In this document: positions 43,860-51,471 of the stretch, piece after piece | Position numbering within the stretch: the stretch's first letter is position 1 | Layout of the letters: each line of letters begins with the position of its first letter | From: Firmicutes bacterium UBA3576 | GTDB lineage: Bacteria > Bacillota > Sulfobacillia > UBA3569 | Assembly: GCA_002375895.1 (NCBI GenBank) | Contig: DFND01000053.1 | Coordinates: 1,373-65,372, forward strand | DNA length: 64,000 bases | Direction of reading: 5' to 3' | Notes under the pieces: generated by a model | Database searches by the model: none | What the model was told of the DNA's origin: nothing | What the model saw: the letters and a program-made list of their open reading frames with translations, nothing else | Made by a program: the position numbers and the translations under genes

Positions 43860-45047
43860 ATGAAGAACGTGATCTTGGGGGTCTCAGGTGGGATAGCGGC
43901 TTATAAGGCCGCTGACCTCGCCAGCAGGCTGGTTAAGAGGGCCATCGGCGTTGACGTAATAATGACCGAGGCCGCGATCAGGTTCGTGGGGACGGCCACC
44001 TTTCGAGCTCTAACGGGCAGGCCAGTCAGGGTGGACGTCTTCGACGAAGAGGGAGAGATAACGCACGTGGAGCTGGCTCAGCGGGCGGACCTGTTCTTGG
44101 TCGCTCCGGCGACAGCGAACACCATCGCCAAGTTAGCCCATGGGCTCGCCGATAACCTCCTTACGACCGTGGCCCTGGCCGTGGACTGTCCACGGCTGGT
44201 TGCGCCGGCCATGAACTCCCGTATGTACGCAGATCCTGCTGTACAGGCCAACATCGCCACCTTGCGAGACAGGGGCTATCAGATACTCGGCCCGGCGGCG
44301 GGCCGGCTGGCCTGCGGCGAGGAGGGGCCCGGTCGCATGCTCGAGGCGGCTGAGATAGAGGACCTGGTTATGAACCTTTTAGAGGCCTCGGACGGCCTCA
44401 AGGGGGTGGAGGTCCTGGTCACAGCGGGGCCCACCAGGGAACACCTGGACCCCGTGAGATTCCTGTCCAACGCCTCCTCCGGCAAAATGGGCTACGCTCT
44501 GGCACGGGAAGCCGCAAGACGCGGCGCCTCGGTCACCTTGATTAGCGGCCCGACGCATCTTCGGCCCCCTTACGGGGTGAGCTTTCAGAGGGTGACGACC
44601 ACGGAGGAGATGTTCCACGCCGTGATGAAGAGGTTTAGCGCCAGCAGAGTGGTAATCAAGGCCGCGGCACCCGCCGACTTCCGTTGCGGTGAGACCAGGC
44701 GGGAGAAGATCAAGAAGCAAGGAAAGGAGCTCTCCCTAACGCTGGTACCGAACCCTGATATCTTACTGGAGCTGGGCCGCAGGAAACGTCCGGGCCAAAT
44801 ATTGGTGGGCTTCGCCGCCGAGACCGGCGGTGTCGAGGAAAAGGCGCGGAAGAAGCTCCGTCGCAAGCAGCTGGACATGATCGTGGCCAACGATGTCAGC
44901 GGCCCAGAGAACCCCTTCGGGGCGGACACCAATACCGTCACGATTATTACCTCTGATGGACGAGTCGAGTCCCTGCCCTCGATGAGCAAAGATGAGGTGG
45001 CGCGTCACATCATAGACAGGGTTGAGGGCCTCCTCCGGAGCCGATGA
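43860..45047 (+). CDS. coaBC: bifunctional phosphopantothenoylcysteine decarboxylase / phosphopantothenate--cysteine ligase
   Basis: Flavoprotein N-domain (GVSGGIAAYKA, PAMNSRM) plus a CoaB domain (ITAGPTREHLDPVRFLSN.SSGKMG). Confidence 0.95.
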   Translation: MKNVILGVSGGIAAYKAADLASRLVKRAIGVDVIMTEAAIRFVGTATFRALTGRPVRVDVFDEEGEITHVELAQRADLFLVAPATANTIAKLAHGLADNLLTTVALAVDCPRLVAPAMNSRMYADPAVQANIATLRDRGYQILGPAAGRLACGEEGPGRMLEAAEIEDLVMNLLEASDGLKGVEVLVTAGPTREHLDPVRFLSNASSGKMGYALAREAARRGASVTLISGPTHLRPPYGVSFQRVTTTEEMFHAVMKRFSASRVVIKAAAPADFRCGETRREKIKKQGKELSLTLVPNPDILLELGRRKRPGQILVGFAAETGGVEEKARKKLRRKQLDMIVANDVSGPENPFGADTNTVTIITSDGRVESLPSMSKDEVARHIIDRVEGLLRSR

Positions 45048-45504
45048 GCTCTAGGGCCTTGGCAACCGCGTCCTGAGGATCTCGGGCGGGGAAGAAGCCC
45101 GCTGGCGGTTGACCCTTTCTGCTTACGTCCCAAGTCCCGAGTCCCACGACCGGTTTATGGGCCTTCAGGCAAAGGCCGATTTCCGATAGCGTGCCGAAGC
45201 CGCCGGCGATAGCTATGGCTACGTCACAGGACTGGGCGATGATGGCGTTTCTCGCGTTGCCCATGGCCGTGGGGATGGAATACGTCAGGAAGGGATTGCC
45301 CTCGCACCTGCTTGTTCCCGGCAGGAGGCCGATCACGGTTCCGCCCTTCTCGGTGGCGCCTCGTGCTACGCCCTCCATAACACCCCCGCGGCCCCCGCAG
45401 ATCACGACCACGCCCGCGGCTGCCAGCTTCTGGCCGACGGCTCTTGCTATCTCGTATACCTCGGAGGAACACTCAGCGGATCCCAATACGGCCACGTAGT
45501 GCAT
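45010..45504 (-). CDS. TIGR00725 / SLOG (LOG-like Rossmann) family protein
   Basis: VAVLGSAE...AGVVVICGGRGGVMEGVARGA...GGTVIGLLPG...IAIAGGFGTLSEI is typical of the TIGR00725 LOG-like family. It overlaps the coaBC 3' end by 38 nt, in convergent orientation. Confidence 0.7.
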   Translation of the reverse strand: MHYVAVLGSAECSSEVYEIARAVGQKLAAAGVVVICGGRGGVMEGVARGATEKGGTVIGLLPGTSRCEGNPFLTYSIPTAMGNARNAIIAQSCDVAIAIAGGFGTLSEIGLCLKAHKPVVGLGTWDVSRKGQPPAGFFPARDPQDAVAKALELIGSGGGPQPCL

Positions 45505-45580
45505 GCAATCCTCACCTCTCCCTGTTCAAGCCAAGGGATTCACCGCGGGCAGGCGCAATTCCTCTCAAGGAGGCCATCTC

Positions 45581-45913
45581 ATGCTAGAGTACTTGGAAGA
45601 GCTTCCACCGGCTGAGGCGGCCGCAGCCCGTCGTCATCTCGACTTCACTGAGCTCACCGTCCTGTCGGTGCGATTGGGAAGGAACCGGGCCCTGCTTCTG
45701 ACCAACAGAAAGCTACTTCTAATACTGCCGCGCCTTTTCGGATTTGGGCGCAGGGCCATTCCCATTGCGCGTGACAGGATCAAAGAGGTAAGGGCCGTTG
45801 GCGAGAGGGGGCTGGTGATCAGGGCTGATGGCGACCTCTTCGTGCCCATCCACGACAGGTCGCGGGCCTGGATAGAGGACCTCGTAGGGAGGATCCGCGC
45901 CAACCTCGCCTGA
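45581..45913 (+). CDS. small hypothetical protein, possibly bacterial PH-like
   Basis: 110 aa; ATG 45581 lies 7 nt after AAGGAGG. The pattern LLLTNRKLLLI...IPIARDRIKEV...GLVIRADGDLF is reminiscent of bPH/YokE-like domains. Weak assignment. Confidence 0.4.
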   Translation: MLEYLEELPPAEAAAARRHLDFTELTVLSVRLGRNRALLLTNRKLLLILPRLFGFGRRAIPIARDRIKEVRAVGERGLVIRADGDLFVPIHDRSRAWIEDLVGRIRANLA

Positions 45914-45972
45914 CCGCTTACGATGTTAGAGCGGGGTACTGCCCCTGGGGATAATGTCTTAATGGAGGGGTT

Positions 45973-47403
45973 ATGATGAAGCCGTCTCGCATCAGGTTGG
46001 TGACCCTCATAGTCCTCGGCCTGATGTTGTGTTTGGCCGGAGGCGTGCGTTCTCAGGGCGAGATGCCTTTGCCAGCCCGCCCTGTGACCATCGTGGTGGA
46101 CGGCGAGGTTATAGAGTCTGATGTGCCGCCGGTGAACCTCCACGGGAGGGTCTTCGTCCCCCTGAGAGCCATATTCGAAGCCCTGAGGGCTGAGGTCCGC
46201 TGGGACCAGACTACCCGCAGTGTGACCGCACACACTGACGGTCGAAGGGTTACCCTGACCATCGGGAGCCGGCAGGCCATAGTAAACGGCGAGAGCCTTG
46301 AGATGGATGTGGAGCCCTTTATCTTGGCCAACCGGACGATGATCCCCGTGAGATTCGCCTCGCAGGCCCTGGGCCGAGAGGTTACCTGGGACCCAAGGAG
46401 CAGGGCCGTGTACGTAGGCACCATATCCCCCGCCGAGCTTGAGCTCAGACGCTCATCCGTCACCGTCGCGCTGGCCGGCGACGTCCTTCTCGGCGGGCGC
46501 ATTGCGGAGGTAATAGACGCTCACGGCAGGGATTATCCGTGGGAGGGAGTGAGGTCCCTCCTGCTCTCAGCCAGCCTAACTATTGTCAACCTGGAGTGCC
46601 CGGTGAGCGGGCGCGGCGAGCCCGAAACCGACAAGCAATGGACCTTCCGGGCCAGGCCGGAGGACGTCAAGGGCCTACGTGACGCCGGAGTGGACGTTGT
46701 CAACCTCGCCAATAACCACATCCTCGACTACGGCCCGGAGGCCCTAGCCGATACCCTGACCTATCTCCAAGAGCTCGGCGTAGAGACCGTGGGGGCTGGA
46801 CCAGATCTGGCGGCGGCGATGAAGCCCGTGATTGCAGATCTCGGGGGCCTTAGAGTCGGCATCATCGGCCTGAGCCAGATCTATCCGCGGGGAAGCTGGG
46901 CGGCAGGGCGGGGCCACCCAGGAATAGCGATCACGCATAACGAGGCGCACGTACGACGAGCCGTAACGTCCCTGCAGGAGGAGGTCGACGTCGTAATCAT
47001 CTCCGTGCACTGGGGAGAGGAGAAAGCCCATTATCCCAGCGACTACCAGATACGATACGGACGAATGTTGGTGGACGCCGGGGCCGACCTGGTGGTGGGG
47101 CACCATCCCCACGTCTTGCAGGGCTTCGAGGTGTACCGCGGGGCCCTTATCGCCTACAGCCTGGGCAATTTCATCTTCCCCTACACTGTGGAGAGCACAA
47201 AGGAGAGCTGCATTCTCCTCGCCAACTTCGCCAACGGGAGGCTGGAATCCGCCCGCATAGTTCCCGTCTACACTCACGGCGGGCACCCTGAGATATTGTC
47301 GGGCGCCAGGGCCATCGAGATCCTCGAGAAGATACGGGAATATTCAAGCCCCTGGCAAACGGCAATCGATGACGAGGGCTTTATAGTGATAAATTCCAGA
47401 TAA
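45973..47403 (+). CDS. secreted CapA-family metallophosphoesterase with an N-terminal copper-amine-oxidase-like (stalk) domain
   Basis: Signal peptide; VDGEVIESDVPPVNLHGRVFVPLRAIFEAL (Cu_amine_oxidN1-type repeat); CapA/PGA_cap motifs (VALAGDVLLG, NLANNHILDYG, HWGEE, GHHPHVLQG). Confidence 0.75.
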   Translation: MMKPSRIRLVTLIVLGLMLCLAGGVRSQGEMPLPARPVTIVVDGEVIESDVPPVNLHGRVFVPLRAIFEALRAEVRWDQTTRSVTAHTDGRRVTLTIGSRQAIVNGESLEMDVEPFILANRTMIPVRFASQALGREVTWDPRSRAVYVGTISPAELELRRSSVTVALAGDVLLGGRIAEVIDAHGRDYPWEGVRSLLLSASLTIVNLECPVSGRGEPETDKQWTFRARPEDVKGLRDAGVDVVNLANNHILDYGPEALADTLTYLQELGVETVGAGPDLAAAMKPVIADLGGLRVGIIGLSQIYPRGSWAAGRGHPGIAITHNEAHVRRAVTSLQEEVDVVIISVHWGEEKAHYPSDYQIRYGRMLVDAGADLVVGHHPHVLQGFEVYRGALIAYSLGNFIFPYTVESTKESCILLANFANGRLESARIVPVYTHGGHPEILSGARAIEILEKIREYSSPWQTAIDDEGFIVINSR

Positions 47404-47467
47404 TCCTTCGCAAATTATTCACAATCAGAAGTTATAATGAACCTGTATCTCGAGTGGGGGATGTTCT

Positions 47468-48142
47468 ATGCGTATTCTTCTCGTCGACGATGAGGAGAAG
47501 ATCACAAGGGTAGTTAAGGCCTACCTCCAGAGGGAGGGCTTCGACGTAACGGTAGTTCACGACGGCCTCGAAGCTCTGGAGAAGTTGCGCGAGGAGGAGT
47601 ACGATTTCCTGATCTTGGACCTCATGCTACCGGGGCTTTCGGGCGAGGAGGTCTGCAAGAGGGTTCGCTCTTCGTCAGACGTCCCGATCTTGATGCTCAC
47701 GGCTAAGTCCTCCGAGGAGGACCGCGTCGAGGGGCTGTCCATCGGGGCGGACGATTACCTGACCAAGCCCTTCAGCCCGAGAGAGCTGGTGGCGCGGGTC
47801 CGCGCCATCATGCGGAGGGTCGATTCCCAGAGGCCGCGCGCCGACCGCATGACGATAGGCGATTCTCTGGTGGTGGACTGGGTCCGCCGCGAGGTGACCG
47901 TCAACGGCCGTCGCGTTGAGCTCACGCCGACTGAGTTCAGTCTGCTGGAAGTGCTGGCGAGGAACTCGGGCCGGCCCTTTACCAGGAGCCAGCTCATCGA
48001 GCTGGCCCTCGGCTATGATTATCAAGGGTATGAGAGGACCATTGACGCCCATATAAAGAACATCAGGCACAAACTGGCGCCTGCGGACTTCATTGTGACC
48101 GTTTACGGTGTCGGGTACAAACTGGACCCGGAGAGGGGGTGA
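47468..48142 (+). CDS. OmpR/PhoB-family response regulator
   Basis: Receiver domain (RILLVDDE, ILDLMLPG, LTAK) plus a winged-helix output (LTPTEFSLLEVL, VYGVGYKL). Confidence 0.9.
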   Translation: MRILLVDDEEKITRVVKAYLQREGFDVTVVHDGLEALEKLREEEYDFLILDLMLPGLSGEEVCKRVRSSSDVPILMLTAKSSEEDRVEGLSIGADDYLTKPFSPRELVARVRAIMRRVDSQRPRADRMTIGDSLVVDWVRREVTVNGRRVELTPTEFSLLEVLARNSGRPFTRSQLIELALGYDYQGYERTIDAHIKNIRHKLAPADFIVTVYGVGYKLDPERG

Positions 48143-49536
48143 CGCGCGTGCCGAAGCTCAAGAGGTTGCAGACCCGTCTCACTCTGCTGATTCTCCTCGT
48201 CACGTTGATCACCATCGGCCTGACGGGGATTTTGATCAATCGGGCGATAGACCAAGAGTTCAACGATTACCTCCTGGAGCGGGACAGGGTGCGGAATCAA
48301 CGTATAGTAGAGGCTCTGGCGGACATCTACGAGAAGACCGGTGACTTCCGGGCCCTCTACGCCGGTGCCGCCCACGTGGGCATGATGACCGGTACCATCG
48401 TACAGGTCTACGACAACCAAGGCAACCTAGTGTTCGACTCTCAGGTGGCGTGTGGCATGATGGGGGGTATGATGGGCAGGGGCTGGGGAGCTTCAGCCGA
48501 TGACTTCTACGCAGCAGATGTGCCGGTCGTCGTCCGAGGTGAGCAAATGGGCACAGCCCGCATTTACTCCCCAGAGAGAGTCGGCATATGGAGTGTAGAG
48601 GACCTGAGGTACAAGTGGGCGGTCAACAGGTCCATGCTCACCGCCGGCGCCTTGGCCCTAGTACTGGCCGTTGTCTTGAGCCTAGTTACGGCACGCAGCA
48701 TCACCAGCCCCATCAAGACCTTGACGAAGGCTGCACGCGCCTTCGCCGCCGGGGACCTCGGTCGTCGCGTGACCCTCAAGACCGGGGATGAAATAGGTTT
48801 ATTGGCCGAGAACTTCAACCACATGGCCGCGCGTCTTGAGCGCTTGGAGCAGTTGCGGAAGAAGCTCACGGCAGACGTGGCCCACGAGCTGCGGACTCCG
48901 CTGGCCACGGTGTTGAGCTACATCGAGGGTTTCCAGGACGGTGTCATGAAGCCCACTGAAGATAACCTGGCGGTGGTCCACTCCGAGGTGGTACGCCTGA
49001 AGAGGCTGGTGGAGGATATTCAGGAGCTGGCTTTGACCGAGAGCGGCAGCCTCAAATTGAGGCAAGAGCGCTTCGACCTCGTCGAGGTTCTGTCCGAGGT
49101 GTGCGAGAGGCTGGAGCCCCTCTTCCGGGAGAAGGGCCAGAGGATGGTCAAGGAATGCAGTGGCCAGGTTGAGCTTGTCGCCGACCGCGACGCCCTGTCG
49201 CGGGCGGTGAGAAACGTATTATACAACGCCCACAAGCATACGCCAAAGGAGACCACCGTCCGGGTATCGCTTACCACCGACGGCGATTTCGCCAAGCTTG
49301 AAATCCAGGACGACGGCCCGGGCATACCCCCCGACCATCTCCCCTATATCTTCGAGCGGTTTTACAAGGCAGACCACTCGGGAACCGTTGGCGGGACCGG
49401 CATCGGTCTAACCATTGCCAAGGAGTTGGTGGAGGCCCAGGGGGGTCGCATAGAGGTGCGAAGCGCTCCAGGTGGAGGGACTACCTTTACCTTCTATTTC
49501 CCCCTAGCGGTGCGTCGCGACCGACGCACGGATTAG
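48139..49536 (+). CDS. sensor histidine kinase (2 TM, HAMP, HisKA, HATPase_c)
   Basis: H-box VAHELRTPLAT, N-box YNAHKHT, G-boxes DDGPGI and GTGIGLTIAKE. The extracytoplasmic loop contains the Met/Gly-rich CGMMGGMMGRGWG. The start overlaps the response-regulator stop by 4 nt. Confidence 0.9.
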   Translation: MTRVPKLKRLQTRLTLLILLVTLITIGLTGILINRAIDQEFNDYLLERDRVRNQRIVEALADIYEKTGDFRALYAGAAHVGMMTGTIVQVYDNQGNLVFDSQVACGMMGGMMGRGWGASADDFYAADVPVVVRGEQMGTARIYSPERVGIWSVEDLRYKWAVNRSMLTAGALALVLAVVLSLVTARSITSPIKTLTKAARAFAAGDLGRRVTLKTGDEIGLLAENFNHMAARLERLEQLRKKLTADVAHELRTPLATVLSYIEGFQDGVMKPTEDNLAVVHSEVVRLKRLVEDIQELALTESGSLKLRQERFDLVEVLSEVCERLEPLFREKGQRMVKECSGQVELVADRDALSRAVRNVLYNAHKHTPKETTVRVSLTTDGDFAKLEIQDDGPGIPPDHLPYIFERFYKADHSGTVGGTGIGLTIAKELVEAQGGRIEVRSAPGGGTTFTFYFPLAVRRDRRTD

Positions 49537-49598
49537 CGGGAGCCCGTGATAGGGGAGTTGAGGGGGTTCCCAGAGACCCAGAGAGGCCCCGACGCCTC

Positions 49599-49627
49599 TT
49601 GACACCTGTGTGTTGGGAAGCTATGAT
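49599..49627 (+). promoter_or_regulatory. candidate efflux-operon promoter (-35 TTGACA, 17 nt, -10 TATGAT)
   Basis: TTGACA 49599-49604 and TATGAT 49622-49627. Confidence 0.5.
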
Positions 49628-49647
49628 CTGACTGACCAGTCAGTCAG
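49628..49647. promoter_or_regulatory. 20-bp palindrome CTGACTGAC-CA-GTCAGTCAG abutting the -10 (candidate TetR operator)
   Basis: Perfect 9-bp arms (49628-36 and 49639-47) directly downstream of TATGAT. A TetR-family gene closes the same operon. Confidence 0.5.
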
Positions 49648-49674
49648 TTAATAACCCGAGGAGGTTCGCAATCT

Positions 49675-51471
49675 GTGGTCAAGGGCGCGAAGAAGGCCAT
49701 TATCCTTACGCTTTTCCTGGCGGCACTGACTCTCGTCGGCTGTACCCAATCCGCATCTGAATCTCAGATGACGGAAGAAGGGGTACCGGTGACGGTGGCT
49801 AGTGCCACCAGGGACGACATCGAAGTATTCCGAGTGGTGCAAGGTGTTATAGTGCCTCAGGACCAGAGGACGTTGGTGGCCGAAGTGGGCGGCGAGGTCC
49901 TGGAGGTCCTGTTCGAGGAGGGGCAAAGGGTTGAAGCTGGGCAGCTATTAGTCCAGCTGGACGCTGCCCAGCTGGCAGCGCAGGTTGAACAGGCTCGGGC
50001 CGCTGTAGCGGCGGCCGAAGCCAGTCTGCAGCAGGCCGAGCGCGGAGCGTCGGAAGAGGACCTGGAGATGGCGCGGGCCCAGCTGCGTCAGGCTGAAGCG
50101 TCTTACGAAGGCGCCAAGCGCGCCTACGATAGCGCGATGAGCGCCTTTATCGATAACACGGCGGCGCGGCAACAGATGGAGGCGGCCAAGGCGCAGTGGC
50201 AGTCGGCCGTCAAGGCCCGCGAGCTCGCTGAGCTCTCCCTACAGTCGGTGAAGGAAGGGCCAACGGAGGCCGAACTGAGCCAGGCCCAGGCCGCGCTGGA
50301 GGCCGCCCAGGCGAGCTACGACGGCGCCGTAAAGGCCTATGATGGCCTGGCAGAGCTAGTGGCGAGCCTGGAGGCCCAGATCGACGCCCTTGAAGCCGAG
50401 ATAGCCGCCGCTTTGGCCGAGGGCCGTGCTGACGACGCTGAGACCCTTACGCAACAGAAGGTGGAGCTAGAGCTCAGCCTATATCAAACGGAACAGCAAT
50501 TAGTCGCAGCCGAGACCCAGATGAAGGTGGCGGAGATCAACCTGGATTCGGCCCGTGACCAGGTTGAGCTGTTACAATCGCTCCCCACTGAGGAGCAGAT
50601 CGCCATGGCCGAGCTCCAGTTAGAGCAGGCCAAGATAGCTGAGGAGTCAGCTTATGAAGCCTACCTTATCGCGCGTGAGGTGTACGAGAACAGGGACGCG
50701 GCGAAAGCCCAGCTGGATGCGGCCTACGCCCAAATGCAGATAGCGGCGGCCAACGTGGACGCTGCACGCGCCGCCTTGGCCCTGGCTGAGAAGGGTGCGA
50801 GCGAGGAGGTCATCAGGAGCGCCAGGGCTGGACTGGAGCAGGCAAGGGCGTCGCTTAGAATGGCTGAGGACGCCCTCCAAAGGGCCTCCATCGAAGCGCC
50901 TATCTCTGGTACGGTGTTGAGCCTCTTGGTCAAGGAAGGCGACATCATAGGCCCCGGCCAACCCGTGGCCGTGATCGGCCAGATCGACGGTATTCGGGTG
51001 CGTATGACCCTGCCTGAGGAGGTTGCGTCCAAGGTTCGCGAGGGAGACGAAGTGGTGATCACGCCTGTCTCCAGCGGCGAATCCGTCGTGGGGACCATAG
51101 AGTCACTGGACATCGCGGCCGTGGATGCCCCGGGGTTGTTCACGGCGGTGGCCGCGAGTTCCGACATGAAGGCCCCGTTGGTGGGTGGTTTCGCCGAGGT
51201 ACGGCTGGTGACGGCGCGGCGACAGAACGTCCTCACCGTTCCCGTCGACGCCCTGGTTTATGCCGGGGACCGGACCCTCGTCTACGTAGTTGAGCAGGAG
51301 GGCCAGGATATTGCGGTGGCCCGGGAACGTGAGGTGAAGGTCGGCCTCATTCACCAAGACAGGGCTGAAATAGTTGCGGGCTTGGAGGATGGAGCGCTGG
51401 TAATCGTCTCCGGCGCAGAGTTTCTAGATGATGGTATTCGCGTGATGGTACAGGAGGCGACGAGTGAATGA
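49675..51471 (+). CDS. efflux RND periplasmic adaptor (HlyD/MFP family) lipoprotein with an unusually long coiled coil
   Basis: Lipobox LTLVGC. Barrel-sandwich/beta-barrel ends (VQGVIVPQDQ..., APISGTVLSLLVKEGD, LTVPVDALV). About 330 Ala/Gln/Glu-rich residues lie between them, with an internally duplicated motif (ASYEGAKRAYD / ASYDGAVKAYD). Confidence 0.8.
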   Translation: MVKGAKKAIILTLFLAALTLVGCTQSASESQMTEEGVPVTVASATRDDIEVFRVVQGVIVPQDQRTLVAEVGGEVLEVLFEEGQRVEAGQLLVQLDAAQLAAQVEQARAAVAAAEASLQQAERGASEEDLEMARAQLRQAEASYEGAKRAYDSAMSAFIDNTAARQQMEAAKAQWQSAVKARELAELSLQSVKEGPTEAELSQAQAALEAAQASYDGAVKAYDGLAELVASLEAQIDALEAEIAAALAEGRADDAETLTQQKVELELSLYQTEQQLVAAETQMKVAEINLDSARDQVELLQSLPTEEQIAMAELQLEQAKIAEESAYEAYLIAREVYENRDAAKAQLDAAYAQMQIAAANVDAARAALALAEKGASEEVIRSARAGLEQARASLRMAEDALQRASIEAPISGTVLSLLVKEGDIIGPGQPVAVIGQIDGIRVRMTLPEEVASKVREGDEVVITPVSSGESVVGTIESLDIAAVDAPGLFTAVAASSDMKAPLVGGFAEVRLVTARRQNVLTVPVDALVYAGDRTLVYVVEQEGQDIAVAREREVKVGLIHQDRAEIVAGLEDGALVIVSGAEFLDDGIRVMVQEATSE

